Assembly (NCBI GenBank): GCA_965153285.1
Contig: OZ229114.1
Reading direction: 5' to 3' (one strand)
From: Podarcis tiliguerta
Lineage: Eukaryota
Length of the DNA: 64,000 bases
A program made the position numbers and the translations under genes. The notes below the pieces were generated by a model. The model was given only the letters and a program-made list of their open reading frames with translations, was not told the DNA's origin and ran no database searches. Each line of letters begins with the position of its first letter. Within the stretch, counting starts at the first letter, position 1. Below, in pieces: positions 37,079 to 51,080 of the stretch.

Positions 37079-38151
37079 TAGCTGTTTGAAAGAGCAGAGG
37101 TAGGAATGCTGGCCCCTTCCCCACCTGTGTTTCATTCCACACATTTTCCAAAGCTGTGACAACTAGTGATGGGGTGTAAAGAATACACAATTGCTCCAAG
37201 TTATGCTTGAGGGGGAGGAGTCCCTATGTCCTTACCAATGGATGTCAAATGACAGCCATGGAGGTTTTACTACCCTCTGCCTCCTGCTAGTGGCTGGCCC
37301 TGCCATTGTCTCACATGGCCTGTCCCAGGATGCAAACACGGCTACTAGAAAACGTATGGAGAGAAGAACTGCAGATGGAAGAGAAGGGGGGATGGGAAGG
37401 GGGCTTCGGGACATTCTGTCTGTGTAATCCATATGGAATTTCCTTCACTTTTCAATAGACACATCTCCAGAACCTCAAAAAAATTGGTTACTCTAACCTA
37501 GCCTAGCTTCAATTTCTGATGTGAGAAAAACTACTAGGACTATGAGCAGCATCTTGCCATGGTCATATATTCTTCTTAGAATTTAACTCAACAAAATGCA
37601 GCTTTGCTTTATTTGAGTGTCTCAGTGGTGTCTTCTGAAGATCAATTGAACAGTCCTGAACACAAGGGCATTCTATTGATCTCAACGAGGGCACACAATG
37701 TTTCTGCTGAGCTGTCTATTACAAGATCCTTTAGGTAAAACAGTTAATGTGGTGGTTGTACAGTAGGTACAATGAAGCAAAGGCTAAGGGGAAAAAGGAT
37801 AAACCCAATATGCCGAAACTTTTGAGGAAGACATATGTTCTAATGTCCTGTTGTATCACTAAACTAAAACGTCATTTGGTAAAAATTTTCTGTCCCAGTA
37901 TCATAAGCATTAAAGATGCAATCCTTGGTCAAGGTCCAGAGAAGGACGTGTTTCTCCCACTCTGATGCAATGGTTCTTTCCTCAGAAAAGCTGTCACCCA
38001 TATTAAAAACTGCTTTTTGAACTCAGGAAACCTTCAAACACCATTTGCAATGAAGCCTAGGTAGTGAAAAGTATGAATTGAAACTTTGTTGGATGTGCAG
38101 AAGCATTTCCATGAGCTTAACAGGTTTACCCAATTGTTGCCAACAGCTGTA

Positions 38152-38528
38152 AAAAGATAGAGGTAAAGGACCCTCCTTGACAGTTAAGTCCAGTCACAGA
38201 CGACTCTGGGGTTGTGATGCTCATCTTGCTTTACAGGCCGAGGGAGCCAATGTTTGTCTGCTGACAGTTTTTCTGGCTCATGTGGCAAGCATGACTAAGC
38301 CGCTTCTGGCGCAACCAGAGCAGCGCACGGAATCGCTGTTTACCTTCCTGCCGGAGCGGTACCTATTTATCTACTTGCACTTTTGGCATGCTTTTGAACT
38401 GCTAGGTTGGCAGGAGCTGGGACCGAACAACGGGAACTCACCCCGTCGTGGGGATTCGAACCGTCGACCTTCTGATCGGCAAGCCCAAGAGGCTCAGTGG
38501 TTTAGACCACAGGGCCACCCGCATCCCT
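38152..38528 (-). mobile_element. Full-length Sauria SINE
   Basis: Reverse complement of the family at 2182; 13-bp TSD gccaacagctgta at 38139-38151 and 38537-38549. Confidence 0.92.
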
Positions 38529-38688
38529 CAGCCTCAGCCAACAGCTGTACCAACTAGATGTTAGCCAGCACTTGATGGGAAGGATTAGGGCCAAATGTTT
38601 CCCTATTAGGCATACAGGGTGTGTAATGGGAATTGGTGTGATGCAACTTATCTGTGGGCAGCTTACTTAAATAAACCCATACTACATC

Positions 38689-38952
38689 CAGTGGCGTCGC
38701 AACGGGGGTGGGGGTGCGCCGTGGGTGCCATGTCTGCAGGGGTGACAAGAAGGCACCCATCACGTTGCCGCAGCCGCATGTGGAGGATCCTCCGTTGCCC
38801 AGTGAGGATGGTGTGGGTTTCTGGGGGTCTTCCTGTTATTCTGTCTCTCACAGCTACAATAAACCTACCATTAAAATTATGGACTGATCATTTCTTTGTC
38901 AGAGGGCAAATGGGCAAATTTAACAGGGGATCAAATACTTTCCCCCTCACTG
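38689..38952. mobile_element. Composite DNA-transposon relic: GC-rich CAGTGGCG left end joined to a Tc1-like right terminus
   Basis: The right end reads (reverse complement) CAGTGAGGGGGAAAGTATTTGATCCCCTG and is followed by TA; the left end cagtggcgtcgc shares only CAGTG with it. Confidence 0.65.
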
Positions 38953-39384
38953 TATACATCTGCCAACAGCTTAGAGCTTCGGAGCCTGGGAAATAACCTG
39001 TTCCCATATTGCACAATTGTCTATAGGTTTCCCCCGAGAGGTTTTTTTGTACTGGAGAATGATTTACTTCTGGCCACCAGAGGCGGCTATGGAGAAGAAT
39101 CTTTTTTATATGTACTTCTTTATATGCATTCCATTTAACTAGTCACTTCTGAGTACACTGAGGGACTCTAGTCTACACTTCCTTTGCATTTGGTCTGTCT
39201 CACGGAGCACTATGATTTGGTTAAGATTCAGTTGCTGACACTGTTGACTAGCGCAGCCTATAGTGCAGATGAGGAACACCTTTTCTAGGTCTCTCAGGTA
39301 ACCAAATAGTAACAGTGTGTGTCCTCAAAACAAATGTTCATCACACAGTTCAGCTTTGCATGCCTGGGAGAGTACGGATTTGCT

Positions 39385-39590
39385 ACAGAATATATGATGC
39401 TGCCTTATAGCAGGTTGAACCATATGTCCAAGTAGTCCAGTACTGTCTACTCTGACTGGCAATGGATCTCCCATGTCTCAGATGGAGGTCTTTCCCATCA
39501 TCTTTTCCCTGATCCTTCCAAATGGAGATGCCAGGAATTGAGCTTAGGATCTGCCATATGCACAGCATATGCTGAGCAATGGCCCCTTCA
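39385..39590 (-). mobile_element. tRNA-derived CR1-tailed SINE (Squam2-like)
   Basis: gctgccttata...ccagtactgtctactctgactggca...ggagatgccaggaattgagc...tgagcaatggcccc. Confidence 0.75.
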
Positions 39591-40061
39591 CCCACCTTCC
39601 CATTCCACACTATTTGCTTGCGCTCATCTTTTGCCTTCCGTTTTCCACCCTGCTCTGTAGCCATAGCGTTCAACTAGGCAAGGTCAAGCTTGTTTGCATG
39701 GATGCAGTTGACTTTTGCCGCCAGCACATACGGAAGATCAGCAGAAGGCCTGGGACTCAGGTGTTGTAAGGCTCTTACACAATGTCAGGGCAGGACGGCT
39801 ATCTATGCAAATGCTAAGTGTTATTGCCATCATCACCACCACAGGGAAGCCGACTGCAGCACCCAGTGCTAGCTTTGAGACCCAATTAAGATTTGGCAGT
39901 ATTTGTCCCTCAATGTCAGCATCAGGGTCAAACAGATTCATCCAACCCTCCCCTGCACTCCTCATCTATAGCTGCCTCTGTTCTTTGCTGGTAAACATGC
40001 TGATCTTTCCAGAGCCACCTTAACAGAATTTTTGGTTGGGCCCAAGTGAAGAGAATTGGGG

Positions 40062-40619
40062 NNNNNNNNNNNNNNNNNNNNNNNNNNNNNNNNNNNNNNN
40101 NNNNNNNNNNNNNNNNNNNNNNNNNNNNNNNNNNNNNNNNNNNNNNNNNNNNNNNNNNNNNNNNNNNNNNNNNNNNNNNNNNNNNNNNNNNNNNNNNNNN
40201 NNNNNNNNNNNNNNNNNNNNNNNNNNNNNNNNNNNNNNNNNNNNNNNNNNNNNNNNNNNNNNNNNNNNNNNNNNGCACTAATTACAAGACGTTTTCCCAG
40301 TGCTTATGTAAAATATGACAGAGCAGCAGCTTAGGGAATTGCAAAAAAACTGCTTCTAATTTCCACTGAGAAACTGACAAACANNNNNNNNNNNNNNNNN
40401 NNNNNNNNNNNNNNNNNNNNNNNNNNNNNNNNNNNNNNNNNNNNNNNNNNNNNNNNNNNNNNNNNNNNNNNNNNNNNNNNNNNNNNNNNNNNNNNNNNNN
40501 NNNNNNNNNNNNNNNNNNNNNNNNNNNNNNNNNNNNNNNNNNNNNNNNNNNNNNNNNNNNNNNNNNNNNNNNNNNNNNNNNNNNNNNNNNNNNNNNNNNN
40601 NNNNNNNNNNNNNNNNNNN
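40062..40619. other. Two N runs (40062-40274, 213 nt; 40384-40619, 236 nt) around a 109-nt unique island
   Basis: Counted directly. Confidence 0.99.
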
Positions 40620-41329
40620 TTTATGTTTCTTTGCAGGCAGGAAAAAAAAATACCCACACCAACAAAACAGAAACAAAACAAAAAACCGCAACCAACAGCT
40701 TATTATTTGGTGTGTGTTACTTAAATTTAAAAGACTCGAGGCAGTTAACTTCCTGCGTAGCGTTCTAACTTTGCTGTGAAGTTAAAAGCATTGGGGACAT
40801 TACCTAAGCAAAGGCAGAAGGAGGAGAACAGGCAAGGGCAGAGAGACTTGGTGGTGGTGGAAGAAAGACAATACGGTACTGAAATGCAGTCAGACCTAAA
40901 CACCGCTTTGTGGTTTGGCAACCAAAGTATCAACTGCACTGAGTAGGTTAGCTGGCATACAAACAAAGGGGGCTGATCATCCTAGAGGGGGCATTTGAAC
41001 ACTGCAGCAAGGGAACAGGAGGCAGTGGCACAACCATAGCAACAGGTTTCAGTGCAGGGAAGTCATGGTAACTGAAAATACCAGAGTCCAGGGCCTTTCC
41101 TGTGTATTAACAGTATGATCAGTACTGAATGGCAGCAGATTGGATGGTTCATGCTATTTGGGACAGCAGTGGTGGGGAGAATCCGGCATCCCTCCCACTG
41201 CAAGACTTTGGAACCCAACTGAAAGGGTTGCAGGGAGTGCGACATTAGATAATCTAGCAATGAAACGACTGGAAAGAGCAACAGGATACAATGTGACTGA
41301 CTACAACAAGGAAACTCTGGTTTACAATG

Positions 41330-42022
41330 TTTCACCAGTTATGATTATTCCGAACTAGAACACCTTGGTATCAAGAATGCATGCTCTTGGTTGGACTATT
41401 GCAATGCATGGCTCCAGAAACCACAGGTAGTGCAAGATACTGCTGTCCGGCTATTATGTGGGGCAGTGAGAAGGGAAAGAGCAAATTCACCAAGTGCAAT
41501 CCAATGTATTGTTGATGATGTACCAAGTTCTAGATGACTTGGGACCCAGTACTGAAAGGAGTGCCTGGCATGCTCTGGTCCATGGGGTCACGAAGAGTCG
41601 GACACGACTAAATGACTAAACAACAACAACAACTGAAAGGAATGCCTTCCTCAACACCTGCCAGCCTGTAAAGAACAGGAGAGAGTCCCAGCCTGTGTTG
41701 CTGTCCATGGGCATGGCCCATAGGGCAATAACACGGAGCAGGGCCTTCCTGTCCGTGGCACCCCAATCTGTGAAGCTCCCAAATGAAATTTGATTGACTT
41801 TGTTAATTAAAAACATATTTCTTTAGCAAGGCCTTTGGAACATAACTGAATTGGAAACTAAAAGGGAAAGCTTTATTGCACACTGGTTAATGTTTTAATT
41901 ATCGATACAGATTTGGTTATTATAATAATTGTTCTACTATGTTTCTTATCTTCTTCTTGTTGTTAGCGGCCCTGGAATCCTGCAGGAGGAAGGGTGATAT
42001 ATAAAATAATAATAATAAATAA
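41330..42022 (+). mobile_element. Old L2-type LINE 3' fragment
   Basis: Degenerate ORF-end phrases (ttggactattgcaatgc; gcagggccttcctgtccgtggcacccc) and terminus gaagggtgatatataaaataataataataaat; left boundary approximate. Confidence 0.6.
41561..41631 (+). mobile_element. BovB/RTE 3' end nested in the L2 fragment
   Basis: gtccatggggtcacgaagagtcggacacgactaaatgactaaacaacaacaac is the BovB-type terminus; 10-bp TSD actgaaagga at 41551-41560 and 41632-41641. Confidence 0.88.
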
Positions 42023-45000
42023 ACTGCCAATGGAAAGAATGCTGCAACAAAGGCTCATAGATAGGAAGAACTCCAGGATGGTATGGAGGGCAGCACTATA
42101 TCCCTCCAGGAATGGACGGCAGACATTCACTTTTTAGGGGGAAAGTAAAAATATTCATAAAGAATCACCACTGCAGTAGTAGCTAAACCTGGCGTTCCTA
42201 ATTTCTGCAGCAGGAAATCAGGTTTTGTCCCTTCTTCTTTGTGTACTATATTGCAGTATGTTTATTTTATCTGATACAATTCAATAAAGGGGGGCACACT
42301 ACTGAAAACTGTATCAACATACTTACTACACTACGTAACCTGCATTATTTTCATCTGCAGAATGGATCTGCAGAGTGGAACACATTTAAATTACGTCTCC
42401 AGATTTCAAGTCATACATTTCCTCAACAAGGGACACATACAAAATGGTTACTACAACAAATAAAAACATACTTGTTTACAACTAAGTAGAAGCTTTATAT
42501 TAATTACACTGCTGAACTTTGTAATGATCCAGTTTGGACTATGAAATTGGTACTCCCAAAGCAAGTAGCATTCTCAACAGGGCCATGGCCTCCTCCCCCA
42601 GTTTTTGAAGACTTGAATTGTAATCAGAGTCAGAAAAGGCCGACTTCTCCCTCTTCCCATTACTTACTTCGTGGCAGCAGAGTGGGGTGCAGATTTGGTG
42701 TGGATCTGAAATTAACCAAGCTATTTCTCTTAAAATACACATTTTAAAAACTCAGTTTGGAAAACTAAGTTCTAAGGGTATCATGAGATGGCAACTCCGC
42801 TCATCAGTGCTTTAAAGCACACCCAGGATCATAATCCAAAGTCTTTGGCATTGCAGTCTATATGCTTTCTGCACTACAGAATTTACACTGACTTAAAGGG
42901 ACAGATGTAAAATTCAGGATTGATTTCTGTTTGGTTCTCTCTACATTGTTAAGGACACTAAGCAAGATCACTACGTTTCCAGAACTTTCTTTCACTTTCA
43001 CTTAGCCTGGCTGTTTCTGGACACACTAGCATTTCTCCATCACAGTGATAGTAAAGTGTTTGAGCTGCTTGGTTGATGGAGTCAAAATATTCGTTATTTG
43101 AACAATACTAAAATAGCATATGATCTTTACAATGCTTTATTTTGGAACTATATTATTCTTTTAAGCAGAGAAGAGAAGCTTTACTTTAACGGACACAATC
43201 CCACCAAAATTAAACACCACTGGTTTCAATAGGAGGGAAAAGAATGTGCTTAAAATATTTCTCTTGAAAACAACATGATTTATCTTTGTTGGATCTTTCC
43301 CAGTGACTAAGCCATGAATTCAGTTTTAAGAGATTATATAACGGCATACTTTAAGGAGCACTTAAAATATTAACACAAACTCTTTCTCTCTCAACTTTCC
43401 CCTGTCCTGTCATTGTGAGCTGTTTCTTACTGTATGAGATGGTGCATAGGATCCTAGAAACCAGATTTTCAGAACAAGGGAGAGAGATAAGAGACATGTT
43501 GGGAACCAATTTTTTATATGTCATACAAACTCCCCCTCCCCAGGCCTCTGTCTCGTTACAACAAGTGTATCCCAATATAATGTTTTGGGATAGGCCTCAA
43601 TAGCATCTTGTTTGTTTGTTTGTTTGCTTGTTTACAAACATTTTCCAGGAAGTGTAACACATTCTAAGTGACCGAGTGTCTTTCTAACCCTACTCTTTTA
43701 TCTGTTAGACTCCAAGGTTGTTGTTAAGAGTGATTTTCTTTAAATGTAATTTTGAAGAAGGTACAGATTCTTCTGTTATATCCAAGAAGGACTGAAAATT
43801 TAACTTCTGGCTTGCGGAGGATTGCTGGGACTGAGTCTGAGAGCCACTAGCACTCTGCTCTGGGCAAACTACTGACTGAACAATATCAGCTCCCTAAAGA
43901 TGGCACTCCCATACTTTAAAATGTTTAGGCCAAAAAAAGGACTCACATTTCTTGAGTTTATTGAATGAATTTGTCTTGCTAACATGTCAGCTAGCAGAAT
44001 CAAAGTGAGAGAGCTAGTTTTTCAAGCCACTCAGTCCATTTACTTTTATTTCAGAAACTCAGTTTGCAAGCTACCATTTTCAGTCTACCTCCCTCTACCA
44101 GCCCAGCTTGTGCAAATTCATTCCAGGAGGTTAATTGATGAAGGACTTGCTCAACCAGTGCTGAATCACCCTTTCCACATTGTGAGCTCACTCAAACATC
44201 GAAATATCCAGTGCAACTTAGAAGTAAATCACCTGGTAGTGTCAAAACCACCACTGTGAAAAGATGCTAAAGATCTCATTGCTTTTTTATTTCAAAAAGT
44301 AAATACAAAAAGTTGCACTGAAGTTAATCTCACTCTCCCTACCAAAAGACTTATTTATTACATGCCCACATGTGGTTTCTAATTATGCAGCAAGAAGTTT
44401 GACAAAAGATGCATCTCAACAAAAGGCTTGTGGAATTATGCTGAAATGAGCAACCGCTCTGCTAAACTATAGGGACAGCATGGGTATAACGAGCTAGACC
44501 TCTTGCAGGTTTTAGCTTTCATTCAAAAAAGCAAGTTTCTAGTCCTCAACCTATTTTTGGAGGGGCAGCATCCTTTATATTATGCCCACCACTACTTCAG
44601 CCTCCTTGTCAACAATTTCAGCTTTTGCAAAACTCCAATACATTGCCAGGAGATTATTTCTCAAAATAAACTCACTTTACATATATGTAATTTTTTTGTG
44701 ATGGCAAACTTTGAATCTTACTCCAGTAGAAAGTAAGTGACTACAATGAGTTCAACACACAAGATAAGGAAAAGATGAGCACCTTGGTTCAGCACCATTT
44801 ATTCTCCAATACCTTAAATCTGTAGATAGGAATATGTGAAATCAGAACACCTGCTTCCATTATGTAGGTAAAGAAAGCTGAGAGTTAAATAGTGCATTTT
44901 AAGTTTATTTGCCCTGTTTCTTCTAAACCTTTACAACAACATAATCAAAGTTCTATCTGGAAATACAGGAGGATAAGAAACACTTATTTTTTATGAAATA

Positions 45001-48000
45001 AGTCAGAATTCTTGCAACTTTTAGCAAACACCTATGAGCTACTTAAAATGTTTCTGGAGCCACATGTACTTAATCACTGGCTTAAGAGGAACAAGTGACT
45101 TTTGAGTTACCACATTTAGGGACTAATTTTTGTTGCACCCTGCAGTGGGCTACATGTAGTCCAAGAATACTAGAGAATTTCTCCAGTGACTAAGGAAAAT
45201 CCATTCCTGAAAGAAAAGAGCCGTGCCTCTCCCACACTGCTAAACAGTAAACAGCAACAGGGAGAGGAGATGAAAAACTATTCTTTTAAGAGGTACTACT
45301 TTATGCTTCAGACAGACTAATAAAGTTTAATTGTCTGGAATCTGGTGACTCTTACTGTATAACTTCCCTCTGATATAGGTCTTCCATTTGGATTTTAAAT
45401 GCTGGTGAAATCACTGAAATAAAATTTCCGTGAGGTTGGGAAAGAAAGAGAGAGGTTTTCCCAACTTTTAAACTTCAAGTTTATCTACAGAGGTTGATCT
45501 AAAATGGGTTCAGCTCCTGGTGATAAAAGAGAACCATGAGGTCTTAGCATGAGAAGCCTAGGTAGTTTAAATGACGAGATTAAAATCTGGAAACTATGAT
45601 GCTTTAAAAACAGATAATGCTTTTAGTGAAAGGCCTTTTGAACACACTCAGGTGACCTGCCTGAAATGAGGCAACAAAGAACTGAACACTTGACTTAGAG
45701 GTGTAAGGCCCTAGATGCTTCCAGGTTACAAAGTTGGTTCACATGGCCAAGTTACCTCTATGCAGTCCTGCCTCCAGATTCCCTGCCCCCATAGACGCCA
45801 TCTCTTCCTCTCTCAGGACAATTCCTATTACTGTAGAAGCAGAACCTCGCTTCTGCAAAGTAGCAGCCATAGGACATCCTCCATGGGGATGCATCACAGG
45901 CGGGTCATTGAGGAGAAGGGCAGGGAGACAAAACTGATCATGTCAGTCAGCCTTCAGATTTTGCACCGTTCTCAGCAGTGAAGCACATATCCCCCTTTAA
46001 TCTACTTCAAACCAGTAGAGCAAGCCCAAACACAACTAAGACACCCTGGAGAAGTGCTATGCACCCTTAAGAGTGTCAGCCGGGTTTGTAGGACAGAGAA
46101 AAGAACTGGTATTGCGGGGGGGGGGGGGGGCTATAATCTTCACTCATACCTCCTAGTACAAAGATGTTACCTGTCCAAAAGAGGGTAACAAAAACATTTG
46201 AGTCTGAAGCATCTTTTACATGTACATAAGTCACCAGATACAAAAGATGCTAAAATTAAAACATCAGTTATAACAATTATGCATGCTAAGTTTGTTGTCC
46301 ATTCTCCATCAAGGACATCCTGCAAGGACACAACCAGCTGGCTGCTTACCCACTAGATCATCTAGCCTTCTGAAAAATACATCAAAACCATTACTTTGAT
46401 ACTTCATAATTTCTCTCCTTGATCAAACTACTCTCTAATCATCATTTCTGGCTTTACTTTGTCAGTTATAAAGGCAGAAAACAGAAGTTTTGTGCATTTG
46501 ATTAACTTCCAAACGGTTCAGCCTTCTGGAAGTTAAAGAGCAGTTACAATTTTAATGTGAACTGAAATTAAATGTTAAAAAGGAAGTTCATTGATTAAAA
46601 ATTTTAATACCCACAAAATTGTTATTCTAGAAAAGTTTTAGTGTTTCTCTAACAGAGAACTATATATACCAAAAAAATTACAATTTACAGCTGCTCGTGA
46701 AATGTTACACTTCTATTTTTATTTTTAATTTGCTTTTATTTTATTTTTTGTTGCCACATGAAGAGGCTATTCCCACTAGTTCCATTGAAATTCAGGTAAG
46801 TAAATGCAGGGTACTGCTGGTGGTGATATAACAAAAGCCAGAAGCCTAATGATCAAATCTTGTTGCCTTGTCGTTCCAAAGATAGGGTACTTCAGAAAGG
46901 CCAGGCTTGGAAAAGGATCAATGCCACACAAAAGGCAACTAAAACAGGCTATTGATAGTTCAGAATAAAAAGAGTTATCCGAGGATTTCCAAGATAATAT
47001 TGCAAAAGAGCTACTGCTATGCAAATTCATAGGGGGAAAGCTAAAAAAAGAATAGGTGATATCAAAAAGTTATTCAAGCTTTTGAACAGCAGAAACTCTA
47101 TGCCTCAGAGTATTATTAATAAAATTATTATAATTGTAATTATAATATAATTTGTCTCTCTAGCCTGAGACAAAGCAAACAAATACTTCCATTATACCTT
47201 CAGTACAGTTAAATAGGCAGTTGTCTATCTAAAGTATCTACATGCATAAAAGTTCAAAAATAACCTGTCTAGAAATGTGTGTGTGTGTAAATATGTTTAG
47301 AAATAATTGTCAAGAATTAGTTATTTGGCAATGAAGATTTCTGTATATTTGAATGCTTGCACATTTTTTAAATCAACAAAAGCCAGTATCCTAAAAAGAT
47401 AGATCAAACAATGCTAGCATTCTCCTTCTAACATTCCCAAACAACGGGGCCTTTTAAATGTTTGTGTTGTTTTTTTGCAAAGCCTTTCTTCAACTGTTAC
47501 TCTTCCTGCCTCAACTCCTTACTGCTATTACTTACGTACAGCTTTCCTCACCATCTTGATATGTGACCATTCTCTTCTTTCCCTATCATTGCTTTCTCCA
47601 CATTTCCCTCATGTGTAATCCTTGACTGTAAAATCATCAGAGCAGGGACCTCTCCAGTGCTTTATCTCTGTAGAGTGTTATGTTCACTGATGGCACCGTA
47701 TAATAAAGTATTTTCCCACTCCTTAGTCAAGTTGAAGCACGGGCATTTGTCATGTACAGAACCAATACTAATAGCTCCAAGCTCCTTAACTCAAAATGGC
47801 AACCTGTATAAGGTTATACTGGAACACATTATTTAAACTAAGCCAGCCAATCTTCTAGACTGTTGAGCAACTAAGACCTGAACTCTAAAAGCAAATGACA
47901 TACTGTGTGTTTTTCATTGCTGAAGTTCCATGATTCTTCCTGATAGACACACTACATTCTGACAGCTGCCTTAAAATCAATACCAATATGAAACCAGCTA

Positions 48001-50945
48001 ACAAATTCCTGGAGTTCAGAGAAGTGCCCTAGAGAGGCAGCACTTTAGTAAAGTTACCTTACTTATCACAGCAAGTTCGATATTTAACCACCAGGGGATT
48101 TCCAAACTTTGCTGAGTTTTTGAAGTTAATGATTAATATTTCTGCCATCTGGAGACAGAGAGAAAGCGATAAGTACAATAGGTTGTGTTAGGATAACCAC
48201 AATTACATTTTTCTTTTTTCCACCCCTCTCAGGACTTGCTAGGAAGGAAGACAAGTGACTGAAAGCAGCAGCTAAAACCAAGCCTTCCAGGAGACATTGT
48301 GCTGGGTGGAGACAATGAAAACTTTCTTCCATCGCACTTGGTGCTAAACTAAAAGCAACATCCTGTCCCTTCAGATGATTCCACACCATCTTGCCCTGCA
48401 GATCTCACCCTCTATTAGTTTGCTTTAAAGGAGAGTTTTAGTGGCAAGTACATGGAATGGGAAGATGAAATTGCAGCCTCTGTACACATTTGTCCATAGA
48501 GCAGGTAGATGAAGCCAATGCAGAAGCCAACAGAAGCCACTATGCTCTTGCCACACACCCAGCTTGTTTCAATCCCTCGATGTAGAAATCATTCTTTGCA
48601 TGAACAAAATGCATACATGGAGGCTGGTGTACCCAATTGTGTGGGGGTTTTTTGGTTTTGTAAAAGATATGAAACAAAAAAGGGATATTTTTTAATATAC
48701 CCGCCATGGTTGTTTGGAATTTACTGCCAGCAACCAACCAACTGGTTCTGCATTTCCAAGAAATCAATCTCTGAGTGTGGCAGTACACACTTTGAAACAA
48801 TTCCCTGGCTGCTGACATCAGGCAGACACCTTCATTGTACTATTCTTGATGCCTGCTAAAAACATGTTTGTTTAGGTGAGCCCACTCAGATATGTAGAAT
48901 GTTGATATGCATAATGTTTTAATCTGTTCTTAGTTCATTGCTGATTTAATTTTTTTTTTAAGAGTTGTTTAAGTGTTTACTGATTATTTTGCTCTCTGCA
49001 AACTGCTTTGAGGCTTTTCGCAATCAAGCGGTGTATAAATTTCATGAAATAAATAAAAAAACATACATTTTTTAAATGGAAAGGTCAAGACAAATTAACT
49101 GAAGATTTTTTACAGCCCATTCTTCTTCTAACCTGACCCCTTGCCAAGGGTATCCAAAAACTTTACATTGTAGGAGCCCTGGGTGTTCAACAGGAACTGG
49201 AAGTACCATATTAGTATACTTTGATGGTATACCGAGCTGGATGGGCTAACAGATTGACCTCTTTCCCTTCTCCCATTTAGAAACATACATAGTTTCTTGT
49301 ATTAGAGGAGGGTACACAGCACAACTCATTTCTTTTAAACATATATGGGCCTTCTTACCATATGGTTTTCTACAAATGTTCCTTGTGAACCAGTCCCTAC
49401 ACTCTGCCTGAGATACAAGACAATTTAGAAAACCAGATCACAGGCTAGGATGCATTAAGTTACTGTGAGGTTTAATTGCATTTTTTTCTGAACACAGCAT
49501 TCAGATGCATCCCAAGTAATCAATATTGAAAAATATAAATCATGACTTCAAATGGAAGTGACAGTCTTAAATTAACAGCACAGAGAAGCATTCTGGTTCA
49601 GTTCTTTGATTTACTCAGTTTTGTAAAACCCAAAGCTTCAAAAAGAACTCACACTGGCATTAATTAAACAACATTTTTATTACCTACTATCAAAGCATTA
49701 CAAGGAGGGTTTACTAGTCAGCTCTGCTAAGGAATTACAAGCTTCACTCAATTAACAGTCTAACTTTTTTGTGGTGTCACTGCTAATTGAGATATTTTTC
49801 ATTTTTATATCTTCTAAATTAATGTTGTACAGGAGAGCTCAGTCCAAGCACACAGGCAATCAGAGGAATCAACAGGAATCCTGAGGTCAGGAGAATTAAC
49901 AGTGAAATATTTTAGTCATTAACTAAGTTTCAAAGATGCTGGCAATGACAAAGGGGGCTTTATTTTACCCTGTGATGGGAAGATCCTAGGTCAACAAGAA
50001 GTAACTATACACAATAATATTTAAATTTCCAAATGCAAATCTATTCTCATAGAATTAGCCGAAACACTGGACTGCCATTTCCAGAAATAATGAAGGCAGA
50101 CATAAGAGGCTACGTTGCCTTGGGTATACAGGAAAATGTTTGAGTAAGTGGAGACAAGAGTAATTGAAGACAACGCCCTAGATGTTCTTTCATTAACGTT
50201 AGGCTGTATGGTACTATATGAAATTGATAAAACAATGAGAAGTTATATAGTGATGATGATGAATTATTTCAGTTTTATTGACAACTAAAGGAGTTATACA
50301 ATTTTTCACTGGAAGTAGTCACCATGCTGACTGGGGGCTACAGGTTTCTCACTCCAGGTATAAATGCTCACATGGCTCATGTTGTTTATTTTGAAAGTTT
50401 CAAAATATTTATATTTATATTTATATTTACCTTTCAAACTTCCTATATCTTGATATAATTGGATGTGTTGTATTGTATGATAGTCTTGTTAATATTTGTA
50501 ATATCGTTTAGAGTTTGCATGGCACAGTCATAAAATAAGTGGTGTAATAGTACAATGTTACTTTATCTAATCAGAAAATGTTTTGAAACTATCTGCAACT
50601 TGCAGTTTTAACATTTCACAGCAATACTCACGTTGAGTAAGTGAAGTCAAGAACAAAGGAGTCAAGCTCACAGTTTTTTGAAGGGAAAGTGTCTTAGATG
50701 GAGGCTTCTCTAGGTACAAATTGCAGATTCTTGCATTTTAGGCAAACCAGTAAGACACTGTTCGCACAATTAGCAATTGTGAACGTGTCTTTTTTATTAA
50801 AAAAATAGTTGGTGAATCTGGAAAGGGGTCCTTGTAGGGATGTGTAGTTTAATAATCTACCATCTTCTGTAGTCCCAATATATATTGTTTTCCCCTACAT
50901 TTTATTCACAGCAATAAAAGTCCTCCCTCCCCTGAAGTGCAAAAG

Positions 50946-51080
50946 TCATAGAATCATAAAGGTGGAAGGGATCTTGAGGGTCAACTAGTCCAACCCCCAG
51001 CAATGCAGAAATCTTGACCACAGCCATCCTTGGGTGGGCTCAAGCTACCAACCTTCTGGTTAATGCACTGACCCACTGCA
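50946..51080 (-). mobile_element. tRNA-Asn-derived SINE with CR1-type tail
   Basis: The reverse complement has ttaaccagaaggttggtagcttgagcccacccaaggatg (tRNA-Asn 3' half-like), then ctgcattgctgggggttggactag...tcccttcca...tatgattctatga. Confidence 0.7.

Noticed and set aside
40384-40690. Missing upstream BTRC exon hidden in an N run
   Set aside because: A minus-strand pyrimidine tract and AG do precede this run, but the next bases (AAACATAAA) do not match the expected exon start (ACATACAAC-like). An exon wholly inside a run cannot be excluded but has no support.
45715-45990. Short ORFs and a minus-strand GAG|gtaac donor-like site suggesting a cryptic exon
   Set aside because: No convincing paired acceptor and no similarity to BTRC N-terminal exons.
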